DNA from: Archangiaceae bacterium
Lineage (GTDB): Bacteria > Myxococcota > Myxococcia > Myxococcales > Myxococcaceae
Assembly (NCBI GenBank): GCA_043750125.1
Contig: JAYVCD010000034.1
Span: 561-64,560, forward strand
Direction: 5' to 3'
DNA length: 64,000 nt
Both the position numbers and the translations under genes were made by a program. The notes under the pieces are model-generated. The model did not search any database, had not been told where the DNA came from, and saw nothing but the letters and a program-made list of their open reading frames with translations. This document shows, one piece after another, positions 45,725-55,724 of this stretch. Every line of letters begins with the position of its first letter. Within the stretch, counting starts at the first letter, position 1.

Positions 45725-46833
45725 AGCGCTCGGTCGCCCGGAGCTCCCGAGACGAAGAATGGATGCAGCGGGCGCTGGCGCAGGCGAGGACAGCGGTGGG
45801 ACGAACGCACCCCAACCCCCCGGTCGGGGCGGTGGTGGTGAAGGGCGGGAAGCTCGTCGGGGTGGGCTTCACGGCTCCGGCGGGGGGGCCGCACGCAGAG
45901 ATCCGCGCGCTCGAAGACGCGGGCCCGCGCGCGAAGGGCTCGGATCTCTACACCACGCTCGAGCCCTGCGATCACTACGGCAAGACACCTCCCTGCAGCG
46001 TTGCGATCCTCGAGAACGGGGTAAAGCGGGTGGTGTTCGCCTCTTCGGATCCCAACCCGCTGGTCAACGGTAAGGGGGTGCGGCGGTTGAAGAGAGCCGG
46101 GGTCGAAGTGCTCGCGCACCTGCTGCAACCCGACGCAGATCTTCTCTATCGCCCGTTCTTCAAGTTCATCCGCCGGGGAATGCCCTTCGTGACGCTGAAG
46201 GCGGCGATCACCCTCGATGGGAAGCTGGCCACCCGCACCGGCGATTCGAAGTGGATCAGCTCAGAAGCGTCGCGGGCCCGCGCCCACGGCCTGCGAAATC
46301 AGGTGGACGCGGTGATCGTCGGGGCGGGCACCGTCGAAGCCGACGACCCTCGCCTCACCACCCGCGGCATCGCCCACGGCCGGGACCCGGTGCGGGTGGT
46401 GCTCGACTCGAAGCTGCGAACCGCGGGGAACGCCAAAATCTACACCCAGCGCTCGAAGGCCCGGACGATCGTCGCGACCCTCGAAGGCGCCCAGTACCCC
46501 CGCGCCGAGGCGCTGGCCGACAAGGGGGTCGAAGTGTGGAGAGTTCCCGGGCGCGGCGGGCAGGTCGACCTCAAGGCGCTGCTGAAGCGATTGGGGCAGG
46601 CCGGCCTGCTGCACGTGCTGGTCGAGGGCGGCGCAGGCGTGCACGGAAGCTTCCTCAAAGCGGGTCTGTGGGACGAGCTGTGGCTGTTCATCGCTCCCAG
46701 GCTGTTCGGTCACGAAGGCCTGACCTTCAGCGGCGCTCTGGGCATTGGCCAGGCGTCGAGCGCGACCCCGCTGCGCATCGCCTCGGTGCAGAGGGTGGGG
46801 GAAGACGTGCTGCTCGAAGTGCTGCCGGGGTGA
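45721..46833 (+). CDS. ribD: Bifunctional riboflavin biosynthesis deaminase/reductase RibD
   Basis: GTGA overlap with nrdR. Contains NPPVGAVVV...HAEIRAL...[14 protein letters not shown], followed by a reductase half. Confidence 0.9.
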   Translation: MKRSVARSSRDEEWMQRALAQARTAVGRTHPNPPVGAVVVKGGKLVGVGFTAPAGGPHAEIRALEDAGPRAKGSDLYTTLEPCDHYGKTPPCSVAILENGVKRVVFASSDPNPLVNGKGVRRLKRAGVEVLAHLLQPDADLLYRPFFKFIRRGMPFVTLKAAITLDGKLATRTGDSKWISSEASRARAHGLRNQVDAVIVGAGTVEADDPRLTTRGIAHGRDPVRVVLDSKLRTAGNAKIYTQRSKARTIVATLEGAQYPRAEALADKGVEVWRVPGRGGQVDLKALLKRLGQAGLLHVLVEGGAGVHGSFLKAGLWDELWLFIAPRLFGHEGLTFSGALGIGQASSATPLRIASVQRVGEDVLLEVLPG

Positions 46834-46839
46834 ATGCGG

Positions 46840-48219
46840 CTACAGCAGCGTCCCGCGCAAGATCAGACTGGCGACGGTGAAGTAGATGACCACTCCGGTC
46901 ACGTCGACCAGCGTGGCCACGAAGGGGGCCGAGGCGGTGGCGGGGTCGAGGCCAAGGCGGCGCAGGACGAAAGGCAGCATCGAGCCGCAGAGCACTCCGA
47001 AGACCACCACGCCGATCAAGCTGACCGCGACGGTGATCGCGACCATTCCGTAGTGGGGGCCGTAGAGCTTCTCGCGCATCGGCCAGAAATAGATTCGAAG
47101 AAAGCCGATCGAGGCCAGCAGGCTGCCGAGCGCGAGGCCGTTGCGCACTTCACGGACCGCGACCTTCCACCAGTCCTTGAGCTGAATTTCTCGAACCGCC
47201 AACGCGCGAATGATGAGCGACGTGGTCTGGCTGCCCGAGTTGCCCCCCGAGGAAATGATCAGGGGGATGAAGAGCGCGAGGACCACCGCGCGAGCGATCT
47301 CTTTTTCGAAGTAGCTCATCGCGGTGGTGGTGAACATCTCACCGACCAACAGAATCGAGAGCCAGCCGCCGCGCTTCTTCACCATCTCGAGAAAACCGAT
47401 GTCCATGTACGGGGCATCGAGGGCTTCCATGCCTCCCAACCGTTGAATGTCTTCGGTCGCCATCGCTTCGGCGGCGTCGAGCACGTCGTCGACGGTGATG
47501 ATCCCCAACAGGACCTGGCGCGAATCGGTGACCGGCAGCGCGGTGCGGTCGTATTTCTCGAACGCGCCAATCACCTCTTCGCGGGTCGCAGACGCCTGCA
47601 AAGAGACCAGCTGACGGGAAGGAATTTCAGCCACCTTCATCTCGGGCGGTGCCATCACGACTTCGCCCAGCCGAACGTCGGCCAGCAGCGCCCCGCGATC
47701 ATCGACCACGTAGAGGATGTTGAGCGTCTCGACCCCTTTGCCCCGGGTGCGCACGTGCTCGAGAGCCTGGGCGGCCGTCATCGTCGGCTTCACCGTCAGG
47801 TACTCGGGCGTCATGAACCGGCCGGCGGTCCCTTCGGGGTAGCCCAGCAGCTGCCGTGCGATGCGAAGCTCTTCGGGCTTCAGCGTCGCGAGCGCGCGCT
47901 TGGTGACCTCGGCCGGCAGCTCCTCGAAGAGGCGGGTGCGATCGTCGGGCGCCATCTCGTTGAGGATCCCGACCAGCTGATCGCTGGTGAGGGTGCTGAC
48001 GATCTGCGCTTGTTGATCGACCGGCAGGTACTCGAACGCGAGGCTGGCCTTGTCGCGGGGAAGAATGCGAAAGATCACTCCGCTGTCTTCGGGGGGAAGA
48101 TCTTCGAGGACCTCCGCGATGTCCGGAGGGTCGAGCTCTTCGAACGCGACCCGAAGGGTTTCCCAATCCTTCTTCTGGATCAGCTCCTCGTACTCGGGTT
48201 TGAGGAAGTGGCCGAGCAC
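46840..48219 (-). CDS. mgtE: Magnesium transporter MgtE
   Basis: N-domain with PPDIAEVLEDL, a CBS pair, and a C-terminal TM domain (GNSGSQT...DPATASAPFVATLVDVTG). Confidence 0.9.
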   Translation of the reverse strand: MLGHFLKPEYEELIQKKDWETLRVAFEELDPPDIAEVLEDLPPEDSGVIFRILPRDKASLAFEYLPVDQQAQIVSTLTSDQLVGILNEMAPDDRTRLFEELPAEVTKRALATLKPEELRIARQLLGYPEGTAGRFMTPEYLTVKPTMTAAQALEHVRTRGKGVETLNILYVVDDRGALLADVRLGEVVMAPPEMKVAEIPSRQLVSLQASATREEVIGAFEKYDRTALPVTDSRQVLLGIITVDDVLDAAEAMATEDIQRLGGMEALDAPYMDIGFLEMVKKRGGWLSILLVGEMFTTTAMSYFEKEIARAVVLALFIPLIISSGGNSGSQTTSLIIRALAVREIQLKDWWKVAVREVRNGLALGSLLASIGFLRIYFWPMREKLYGPHYGMVAITVAVSLIGVVVFGVLCGSMLPFVLRRLGLDPATASAPFVATLVDVTGVVIYFTVASLILRGTLL

Positions 48220-48247
48220 GAGGGTCTTCTACCTCGCCGCCGAGGAG

Positions 48248-48571
48248 CTAGATGACCTTCTTGAACGCTTCTTCGATCTTCGACTTCGTCGGACCCGCCA
48301 ACTGGTCGACGACCTTTCCGCCCTTGAACATCAGCAGGGTGGGGATCGAGCGGATTCCGTACTGCATCGCAGTCGCCTGGTTCTCATCGACATCGACCTT
48401 CACCACGGTGACCTTGCCTTTGTAGGTGGTCGCCAGCTCTTCGAGCGTGGGGGCGATGGCCTTACAGGGCCCGCACCAGGTGGCCCAGAAATCGACCAAC
48501 ACGGGCTCGACCGAGTCGAGCACCTTGGTCTTGAACTCGGCATCGCTGACGTTGATGGTGTCTTTGGCCAC
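48248..48571 (-). CDS. trxA: Thioredoxin
   Basis: VLVDFWATWCGPCK active site. GTG 48571 (GGAG upstream) was chosen over the TTG at 48601 because it gives a typical 107-aa length. Confidence 0.9.
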   Translation of the reverse strand: MAKDTINVSDAEFKTKVLDSVEPVLVDFWATWCGPCKAIAPTLEELATTYKGKVTVVKVDVDENQATAMQYGIRSIPTLLMFKGGKVVDQLAGPTKSKIEEAFKKVI

Positions 48572-48650
48572 GGGGTCTCCGAACTGAAGGGTTGGAAGCA
48601 ATAATAGCGTGGCAGGTGCGCAGCAAGGCGTCGCGATATAAGAAGGGGCC

Positions 48651-49028
48651 GTGAAGCTCTTTCTTCCTCAGAAGACTCTTGAGGACTGGTCGGTCGGTGA
48701 AAAGGCCGACCTCGAAGACGGCAAGCTCGTCGTCAAGGAAACCAGATCCTCACATCCCGTCACCCCCGCGGTGCACTTCGTGAAAGTGGTCAGCGGCCTC
48801 GACGCCCACCAGCTGACCGGGCGGGTGAAGACGATGAAGCAGCTCGATGAGCTGGGCGCCGAGCACATGATGGATTCCGTCCTTTTGGGCGAGACCGCGT
48901 TCGAGGTCATCCCCGGCTACGTCACCGAGGTCGAGGCGCCGCGGCCTGCCGGCAAGCCCGACCCGAAAAAGAAGCAAATCTCTCCTGAAGCCGACCTGCT
49001 CGCCGCGTTCATTCTCGACAAGCTGTAG
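48651..49028 (+). CDS. Hypothetical protein
   Basis: 125-aa ORF, GTG start with AAGAAGGGG upstream. Codon usage looks like the neighbouring genes by eye. No motif recognised. Confidence 0.45.
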   Translation: MKLFLPQKTLEDWSVGEKADLEDGKLVVKETRSSHPVTPAVHFVKVVSGLDAHQLTGRVKTMKQLDELGAEHMMDSVLLGETAFEVIPGYVTEVEAPRPAGKPDPKKKQISPEADLLAAFILDKL

Positions 49029-49046
49029 GTCCTGGTCCCACTTGCG

Positions 49047-49769
49047 ATGAGCCTCGAAGGTGTTCGGGTTGCGTTGACCGCGTCACGGGAACGCAGCGAG
49101 GCGATTTCTTTCCTGCTCGAAGACGAAGGCGCCCAGCTGCTGCACGTGCCGGTGCTCGAGCTGATGGCCCCGGCCGACCCGCGGCCGTTTGCCGCGGTGG
49201 TCGAGCAGCTTCAGCGCTACCCGTGGATTCTGCTCTCGTCGCTCGAGTCGGTCGCTGCGCTGTGGGAAGGCGCGCGCGTGGCCGGAACGCTCAAGCAGAT
49301 GGAAAAAGTGGGCTTGATCGCGGTTGATTCGGCCATCGCCCGGCTGCTGGTTTGCCTGGGCCAGCCGGCGCGGATTGAGCTGGGCGCCCTGGCGGCGCTC
49401 AACCACCCGGCGGCGTTGAAGGCCGGTCTCGACGCCGATGCCGAGGTGCTCGTCCCGCTGGGTGAGGGCGAGAGTGAATGGCCGACCCGATTGGCCGAAG
49501 CCGGAGCGCTGGCGATTTCGGTGCTCGCCTTCACTCCTTGCCCCCTTCAATTGCCGGCCCAGGCTGCAGACCTGATTGTGTTCGACAGCCTGGGGGCCGC
49601 CTCTGCGCTCCACCGCGATCACCCGCAGTGGCTTCAAGCCGCGGTGCGGGTGGCCGGGTCTGCCTCGACCGCCGACGAGCTGTCGAAACTGGGGTTGCCC
49701 GCCCACGCCGTCGCCCGCGGGGGGGCGATGGGTCTTCTCGACGCGGCGCAGTCGGCGTGGAAGAGGTAG
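49047..49769 (+). CDS. Uroporphyrinogen-III synthase-like (HemD family) protein
   Basis: 240 aa. The overall pattern (VALTASRERSEAISFLLEDEGAQLLHVPVLEL...ILLSSLESVAAL) resembles HemD. The call is weak. Confidence 0.45.
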   Translation: MSLEGVRVALTASRERSEAISFLLEDEGAQLLHVPVLELMAPADPRPFAAVVEQLQRYPWILLSSLESVAALWEGARVAGTLKQMEKVGLIAVDSAIARLLVCLGQPARIELGALAALNHPAALKAGLDADAEVLVPLGEGESEWPTRLAEAGALAISVLAFTPCPLQLPAQAADLIVFDSLGAASALHRDHPQWLQAAVRVAGSASTADELSKLGLPAHAVARGGAMGLLDAAQSAWKR

Positions 49770-49782
49770 CCTGCACGCCCCC

Positions 49783-50274
49783 ATGCGCAGGCATTTTCCG
49801 GCTTCGTTGCTGCTCTTCGTTTCTGCGGCGGCGCTCGCCACCTCGATTACCCCCCACACCCTGGCTCAGCGCGCCGCCGAGGCCGACCGGATCGCGCTGG
49901 TCCAGGTGGTGTCGAAACAGACGGTTCTCGAGAACGACGATCCGCGCAGGATGAAAACCCTGAGCACGCTCGCGGTCGCCCAAAGCTACAAGGGCGAGGG
50001 TGCGCTGCACGTGCAGTTGGTCCAGCGGGGAGGCAAGTCGGGCCTGTACGAGGCGCACATTCCCGGTGATGCGCAGCTCGAGGTCGGTGCCACCGCGCTG
50101 GTGTTCCTCAAGTGTCCGCAGCCCAACATCTGCTCTCTGGTTGCGTTGGGCGCCGGTGCCTTGCGAATGGTCGACGGTCAGCTGTGGGTTCCGGACTTGA
50201 AGACGCTCACCTACAGTCGACAGACTCTGGCCGCCGTCGTCGCGCAGCTGCAGCCGCCGAAGGGCGCGAAGTGA
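49783..50274 (+). CDS. Secreted protein of unknown function
   Basis: ATG 49783 gives MRRHFPASLLLFVSAAALATS (signal-like). The stop overlaps the next start. Confidence 0.5.
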   Translation: MRRHFPASLLLFVSAAALATSITPHTLAQRAAEADRIALVQVVSKQTVLENDDPRRMKTLSTLAVAQSYKGEGALHVQLVQRGGKSGLYEAHIPGDAQLEVGATALVFLKCPQPNICSLVALGAGALRMVDGQLWVPDLKTLTYSRQTLAAVVAQLQPPKGAK

Positions 50275-52040
50275 GGCGCGGGCTGTGGGTGATGATGTTG
50301 ATGCTGTCGTCACTGGCCCAGGCCCAGTTTTCGACCCCCCAATACCTGCCCTTCAAGATGGTGAACACCAAGGACGACCCGTTTCGGTACTACCTCGACA
50401 ACCGCACCGCGATGCCCGCAGGGCTGAGCATGTCGGTGGTGCAGACCGCGACCACCAACGCGTGGAATTCGTGGAACGCCGTAACTTGCGCTGTTCCGAA
50501 AACGACTTTTGCCGGCTTCACCAACGGAATCGTCCCCAACCCGCCTGATTCGTACGACGCCTTCAACGTCACCCCGGTCTGGATTCTCTCGCAGACCGAC
50601 CCGCTGTACTCGCCGCTGTTTGGCAGCGCCTACGTGAAGGGGATCACGCTCCCGTTCACCTACGCGGGGGTGCTGGTGCAGTGCGACATCTATCTGAATG
50701 GCGTGGGCATCAACTGGAGCGTCAGCCCCTCGACCGCCACGGGCAGCGTGGATCTCGAGACAGTCATGCTCCATGAGGAAGGTCACTGTCTGGGCATGGA
50801 CCATTGGCAGCCGGAGCCCCCGTTTGTGGGGGTGATGGTGGGGTCGGTTCAGGAAGGCTTTCAGCGTCGAAGCCCGGGCTCGGAAGACGTCCGAGCACTC
50901 TGCGAGCGCAATCCGGTCCAGGGCAGCGTCGGCTCGCCGTGTCTGGCGGACGGTGGCTGCGGCTCGACCGTGAACGGCATCAAGTGCGTCACCCAACCGC
51001 TGGCCTCGGGCTCAGCGAAGTTCTGCACCATCGGCTGCCCCACCGGAACGGGGTTCGTCTGCGATCTGCCGTTGTATTGCGAGGCCGCCAGCTACTTCCC
51101 GGGCTCGACCGGGGCGTGTCTGCGCGCGGCCGATACGATTACCCGGGTTGGCGCGCCGTGCACGGCTGACAATCAATGCAATTCGGCGATGGGGTTGTGC
51201 CAGCCGCAGGGCTCCCAACCGTCGGGGTTCCAACGCTGGAGCCAGGGGTACTGCTACCAGACCTGTGCGCAGGGGCAGGCGGTCTGCCCCGCGGGCAGCC
51301 AGTGCACCAACATTGGAAACCCGACTCCGATTTGTTTGCTGTCTTGCCGTGTCGGGCTGGCCGATTGCCGGCCGGGTTATTCCTGCGCGCAGTCGGTCAA
51401 CGGAGGCGTCTGCGTTCCTTCCTGCTTTCAGGACATCGATTGCGGCGACGTTGCCAATTACCAGTGCCGCACGTGCGATGGGTTGTGCGTGGCGCGTCAG
51501 AACTCGAGCGGGCAGGTCGGCGACCCTTGTCAGCAGGACGAAGAATGCGGCTCGGGCCAGGTGTGCACCCGGCCGGATCCCACCAAGGCCGGAAAGCTGT
51601 GCACCGTCTCGTGCGGGTCCGGATGTGCCCTCTGCCCGACCGGCTCGGCCTGCCATCCCACCGCTCCGGCCAACGCGCTGTCTTGCCTGCGCATCTGCAC
51701 CGGCGCTGGCACCTGCCCGACGGGAACCCGCTGCGCCAATCTGCCCACCGGACGCGCGTGCATGCCGCCCTGCCTTTCGAATTCCGATTGCCCGGTCGGT
51801 CAAGACTGCATCAGCGGTGAGTGCTTCAACCCGGGCGAAGACGATGCGGGCTGTGGCGCGTTCTGCCCCAAGGTCGATGCCGGCCACCCCATCATTCAGC
51901 CCATGGCGGACGCTGGTACCGGAGGCGGGAAGGGCGGATGCGGGTGCTCGAGCGTCGACCTCTCGGGCTTCCTGGCGTTGATCTTTGTGGGGTGGGCGCT
52001 GTCCCGCCCGCGGCTGACTCCGGTGAGGCCCCGCCGGTGA
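50271..52040 (+). CDS. Secreted zinc metalloprotease (metzincin) with Cys-rich modules and a MYXO-CTERM-type sorting tail
   Basis: GTG 50271 (GTGA overlap) or ATG 50292. Signal peptide LWVMMLMLSSLAQAQ. HEEGHCLGMDH at 50772-50804. A Cys-rich region of about 330 aa. C-terminus GGGKGGCGCSS plus a hydrophobic helix plus RPRR (51915-52037). Confidence 0.75.
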   Translation: MRRGLWVMMLMLSSLAQAQFSTPQYLPFKMVNTKDDPFRYYLDNRTAMPAGLSMSVVQTATTNAWNSWNAVTCAVPKTTFAGFTNGIVPNPPDSYDAFNVTPVWILSQTDPLYSPLFGSAYVKGITLPFTYAGVLVQCDIYLNGVGINWSVSPSTATGSVDLETVMLHEEGHCLGMDHWQPEPPFVGVMVGSVQEGFQRRSPGSEDVRALCERNPVQGSVGSPCLADGGCGSTVNGIKCVTQPLASGSAKFCTIGCPTGTGFVCDLPLYCEAASYFPGSTGACLRAADTITRVGAPCTADNQCNSAMGLCQPQGSQPSGFQRWSQGYCYQTCAQGQAVCPAGSQCTNIGNPTPICLLSCRVGLADCRPGYSCAQSVNGGVCVPSCFQDIDCGDVANYQCRTCDGLCVARQNSSGQVGDPCQQDEECGSGQVCTRPDPTKAGKLCTVSCGSGCALCPTGSACHPTAPANALSCLRICTGAGTCPTGTRCANLPTGRACMPPCLSNSDCPVGQDCISGECFNPGEDDAGCGAFCPKVDAGHPIIQPMADAGTGGGKGGCGCSSVDLSGFLALIFVGWALSRPRLTPVRPRR

Positions 52041-53830
52041 CCCAGGTGCCTGTCGCGGCTCGAATGCCGCAAGACTTCTCGCTCGATTTCGTTCTTCAGG
52101 CGCTGGTCAGCGCGCGAGAGCTGACTGTCGATCAGGCGAGCGAGATTCTCAGTCAAGAGACGCAGGCCCGCGCCCGGGTGGTGAAGCTGTCGGGGCGCGA
52201 GAAGTACGAGGTTTCTCCGATCGAGATTGTCGCGGCGTTCGTGATGCCGAAGCTCGATCAGGATCGCGTCAGCGAGCTGGTGGCGAAGGTCAGTGGGGTG
52301 GGCTACCGAAAAATCGACCCGCTCAAGCTCGACCTCGGAGCGGTGACGCGAATCATCTCGCGCCCCTACGCGCAGAAGAACGTCATTCTGCCGCTGGGCA
52401 TCGAGGCTGGCGCGCTGGTCGTCGCGGTGGCCAACCCCTTTGCGCCCGAGCTGTTTTCGGATCTGCAGCGGCTCGCGGCGATGAAGATCATCCCGGTGCT
52501 CTCGGCGAAGGCCGACATTCTCAAGGGCATCGCGGACGTCTATGGGTTTCGCCGCACGCTGGCCGCAGCCGCCAGCGACTTCGCTGAAACGTCTGCGGTC
52601 ACCACCAACTTCGAGCAGCTCGTTCAGCTCTCCAACGGTCAGGAGCTCGACGCGTCGGACAAGCCGGTGGTGCAGGCGGTCGAGTTCCTTCTGCGCTACG
52701 CGTTCGACAACCGCGCCTCGGACATTCACATCGAGCCGAAGCGGGACAAGTCGCTGGTGCGCTTCCGAATCGACGGGGTGCTCCACAACGTCTACCAGCT
52801 GCCCGCGCAGGTTCACGCCCCGGTGGTCTCGCGGGTGAAAATGCTCTCGCGAATCGACATCTCTGAGAAGCGCAAGCCGCAGGACGGGCGGATAAAAATC
52901 GATCGCGAGGGCAGGGAAGTCGAGCTTCGCGTCTCGACGCTGCCCACCGCGTTCGGCGAGAAAGTGGTGATGCGAATCTTCGACCCTGAGGCGCTGGTCA
53001 CCGATCTGGCGGCCCTCGGCTTTGATCCGGTCGAGCGCCGGATTTTCGAGTCGTGGATCGCCCAACCCCACGGGTTGATCCTCGTCACCGGGCCGACGGG
53101 CAGCGGCAAGACGACGACGCTCTATTCGGCCCTCAAAGCACTGGCAGGGCCGGACGTGAACGTCACCACCATCGAGGATCCGATCGAGATGGTCTGGGAC
53201 GCCTTCAACCAGGTCCAGGTGCAGCCGAAGCTCGGTCTGGACTTCGCGGGCGCGCTTCGCCACATCTTGCGACAGGACCCCGACATCATCATGGTCGGAG
53301 AAATCCGTGATCCCGAGACGGCAGAGAACGCGATTCAGTCGGCGTTGACGGGCCACCTGGTGCTCTCGACGCTGCACACCAACGACTCGATCGGGGCGGT
53401 GGGGCGGCTGATTGATCTGAAGGTGCCTCCTTTTCTGCTCGCCTCGAGCCTGCTCGGAATCATGGCGCAGCGGCTGCTGCGGAAAATCTGCGTCCACTGC
53501 TCGATTCCGGTGAGCCTGGGAGCCACCGAGATTGAAGCCCTTCAGTCGCCCTTGCCGCTGCTCGAGGAAGGCCTTCAGACCGCGCTCGGCAAGGGCTGCG
53601 TCAAATGCCGCGGCACCGGCTACCTGGGTCGCACCGGAATCTTCGAGCTCTTCAGCGCGACGCCGGAAATCCGACAGATGGTGAGCGCGGGAGCCAACTC
53701 TGCCGATCTGACCGCGGCGGCGCGGCGGGCCGGCCTTCGTTCGCTGCGCGAAGCGGCGGTGTTGAAGCTCGCGCAGGGGCTCACTTCCTTCGAAGAGGTT
53801 CTCCGAATGACGTCCACCACCCAGTGGTAG
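52037..53830 (+). CDS. GspE/PilB-family secretion ATPase (orphan)
   Basis: GTG 52037 (GTGA overlap) or ATG 52064. Contains GPTGSGKTTTLYS, IIMVGEIRDPETA, TGHLVLSTLHTND, and a CVHC...CVKC tetracysteine. Confidence 0.85.
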   Translation: MTQVPVAARMPQDFSLDFVLQALVSARELTVDQASEILSQETQARARVVKLSGREKYEVSPIEIVAAFVMPKLDQDRVSELVAKVSGVGYRKIDPLKLDLGAVTRIISRPYAQKNVILPLGIEAGALVVAVANPFAPELFSDLQRLAAMKIIPVLSAKADILKGIADVYGFRRTLAAAASDFAETSAVTTNFEQLVQLSNGQELDASDKPVVQAVEFLLRYAFDNRASDIHIEPKRDKSLVRFRIDGVLHNVYQLPAQVHAPVVSRVKMLSRIDISEKRKPQDGRIKIDREGREVELRVSTLPTAFGEKVVMRIFDPEALVTDLAALGFDPVERRIFESWIAQPHGLILVTGPTGSGKTTTLYSALKALAGPDVNVTTIEDPIEMVWDAFNQVQVQPKLGLDFAGALRHILRQDPDIIMVGEIRDPETAENAIQSALTGHLVLSTLHTNDSIGAVGRLIDLKVPPFLLASSLLGIMAQRLLRKICVHCSIPVSLGATEIEALQSPLPLLEEGLQTALGKGCVKCRGTGYLGRTGIFELFSATPEIRQMVSAGANSADLTAAARRAGLRSLREAAVLKLAQGLTSFEEVLRMTSTTQW

Positions 53831-53867
53831 CTGCATAGTGCCGCACGTGAGTCGAAGGGGGTTTTCG

Positions 53868-55001
53868 ATGCGCCTGACACCTGCCCTGGTCGCGCTGCTG
53901 TGCCTCACCGGGTGTCCTCCCAAAGAGGATCCGCAGGCAGACGCGAAGGCCCAGGCCGACGGGCTCTACCTGGCCGGAACAGCCGCGTACATGAAGGGCG
54001 AGTTCAAGCAGGCCCACGAGCGCTATGCCGAAGTAAAGAAGTTGAACCCGACCGACCCGCGTCTGCCCGCGGCGGTCGCCGAGGTCTACCTGGCCGAGGT
54101 GAAGCTCGACGAGGCGCTGAAGAGCTTCGAAGAGGCGGCGAAGCTCGAGCCGAAACGCGCCACCACCTGGAGCCGCATCGGCTTCATCCATTCGCTCAAA
54201 GGTCGCCCGAAAGAAGCGCAGGAAGCGCTGCTGAAGGCGTTGGCCCTCAACCCCCGGGACTTCAATGCGCTCGAGTCGGTCGCCGAGATGGACCTCAAAG
54301 AGAAGAAGCTCGACGACGCGGTGAAGCACTTCGTCGCCGCCTCGGACGCTGCGCCCGACGCCTCGCGCGGCCCGTTGGTGATGCGGGCAGTCGAAGAGTT
54401 GACCCGGGCCGGTCGCGACGCCGAAGCGCTCACGCTGCTCGAAGAGACGGTGAAAAAAGGGGTGAAGTCGTCCGAGCTGCTCGGCGAGCTGGGCGATCGG
54501 CTGGTGGCGCAGGCTCGGCTGCCCGAGGCGGTGCTCGCTTACACCGAGGCGGCGAAAGGCATTCCGGCCGACCCGGCCCTGTGGGAACTGGTGGGCGAGC
54601 TGCAGATGAAACTCGACAAGCCCGCCGATGCCGAGGCCGCTTTTCGCGAGTCGCTGCGGGTCAAAGATCGCGGCGTGGTGCATGCCTCGCTCGCCCGGTT
54701 GTGCCAGGCGCGCAAGGACGCGGCGTGCACCAGGAGTGAGCTCGACCAGGCGCTCTCCAGGGCCTCGGGCGAAGAGCCGCGCGAGCTGATCGACATCGCC
54801 GATTTGCTCTCCTCGGTGGGACGCAAAGCCGACGCCCTCTCGTTGCTCAAGGGGCTCGCCGATGAAGAGGAGTCGGAGGGGGACACCGCGCTTCAACTGA
54901 AGCTCGCCCGGCTGGCGAAAGACGCGGGCGACAAAGCGACGCTCAAGGCTGCCTGCGACCGGGTGCTGGCAAGCGACGCGGGCGTGAAGAAGTGCCCCTG
55001 A
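53868..55001 (+). CDS. TPR-repeat lipoprotein
   Basis: ATG 53868 with AAGGGGG upstream. N-terminus MRLTPALVALLCLTGC has a lipobox. Multiple TPR-like repeats follow. Confidence 0.7.
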   Translation: MRLTPALVALLCLTGCPPKEDPQADAKAQADGLYLAGTAAYMKGEFKQAHERYAEVKKLNPTDPRLPAAVAEVYLAEVKLDEALKSFEEAAKLEPKRATTWSRIGFIHSLKGRPKEAQEALLKALALNPRDFNALESVAEMDLKEKKLDDAVKHFVAASDAAPDASRGPLVMRAVEELTRAGRDAEALTLLEETVKKGVKSSELLGELGDRLVAQARLPEAVLAYTEAAKGIPADPALWELVGELQMKLDKPADAEAAFRESLRVKDRGVVHASLARLCQARKDAACTRSELDQALSRASGEEPRELIDIADLLSSVGRKADALSLLKGLADEEESEGDTALQLKLARLAKDAGDKATLKAACDRVLASDAGVKKCP

Positions 55002-55013
55002 AGGGAAGCTTCT

Positions 55014-55676
55014 CTACCGGCGGGAGCTGCCCATCTGTCGATAGACGCCGACCACCTGACCTAGAATCTGGGTCTGCTTGAAGTCCGACTTGTTGACGTA
55101 AATCGGCTCCATGTCCTTGTTCGCCGGCTGAAAGCGGATCCGGTCGGCCTCGGGGAAGTAGCGCTTCACCGTGGCCTCGTCTTCGATCAGCGCGACGACG
55201 ATCTCTCCTGGCGAGGCCGACGGCGTCTTTCGGACGAACAGGTAGTCCCCGTCATAGATCCCATCTTCGATCATCGACTCGCCCTTCACTTTGAGCGCGA
55301 ACACTTCTTTGCCGCTGCCGCCCAGCAGAAAGCTGTCGATTCGCACTGAGTCTTCGAAATTTTCAGTGGCCAGCAGGGGAGCCCCGGCCGCCACCTTCCC
55401 CAGCAGGGGGACGTCGATCATCCCCGAGTCACGCTTGCTGCCGATGCCGAGGACCATTCGCGCCCGTTTGGTGGGAACCAGGCTGCGGCTCTGTTGCTCT
55501 CCCCGGGTGAGGTAGCCCTTCCTTTCCAGCGCCTTGAGGTGGTCGTTGACCCCATTGGTGGACCGGATGTCCATCTCTTCGCCAATCTCGCGAATTGTCG
55601 GGGGAAAACCCCGGGTCTCTGACTCGCGAACGATGAACTGGAGGACTTCCTTCTGCCGATCGGTCAGCTCATCCAC
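55014..55676 (-). CDS. lexA: SOS repressor LexA
   Basis: ORF 55014..55733. GTG 55676 (GAGG 5 nt upstream) gives VDELTDRQKEVLQFI, which aligns with the E. coli N-terminus MKALTARQQEVF. Contains the AAG cleavage-site region and GESMIEDGI...VKRY. Confidence 0.9.
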   Translation of the reverse strand: MDELTDRQKEVLQFIVRESETRGFPPTIREIGEEMDIRSTNGVNDHLKALERKGYLTRGEQQSRSLVPTKRARMVLGIGSKRDSGMIDVPLLGKVAAGAPLLATENFEDSVRIDSFLLGGSGKEVFALKVKGESMIEDGIYDGDYLFVRKTPSASPGEIVVALIEDEATVKRYFPEADRIRFQPANKDMEPIYVNKSDFKQTQILGQVVGVYRQMGSSRR

Positions 55677-55724
55677 GGGTGCCTCAGGGGGAGGGGTGCA
55701 AGGGCGTTCAGTGTCGCGATGGTC

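Noticed and set aside
48610-48625. TGGCAGGtgcgCAGCA upstream of the hypothetical gene at 48651, as a sigma54 promoter.
   Set aside because: GG-N10-GC spacing is right and the -24 half is good, but the -12 TTGC is CAGC. This is too weak to call without a PWM score or TSS data.
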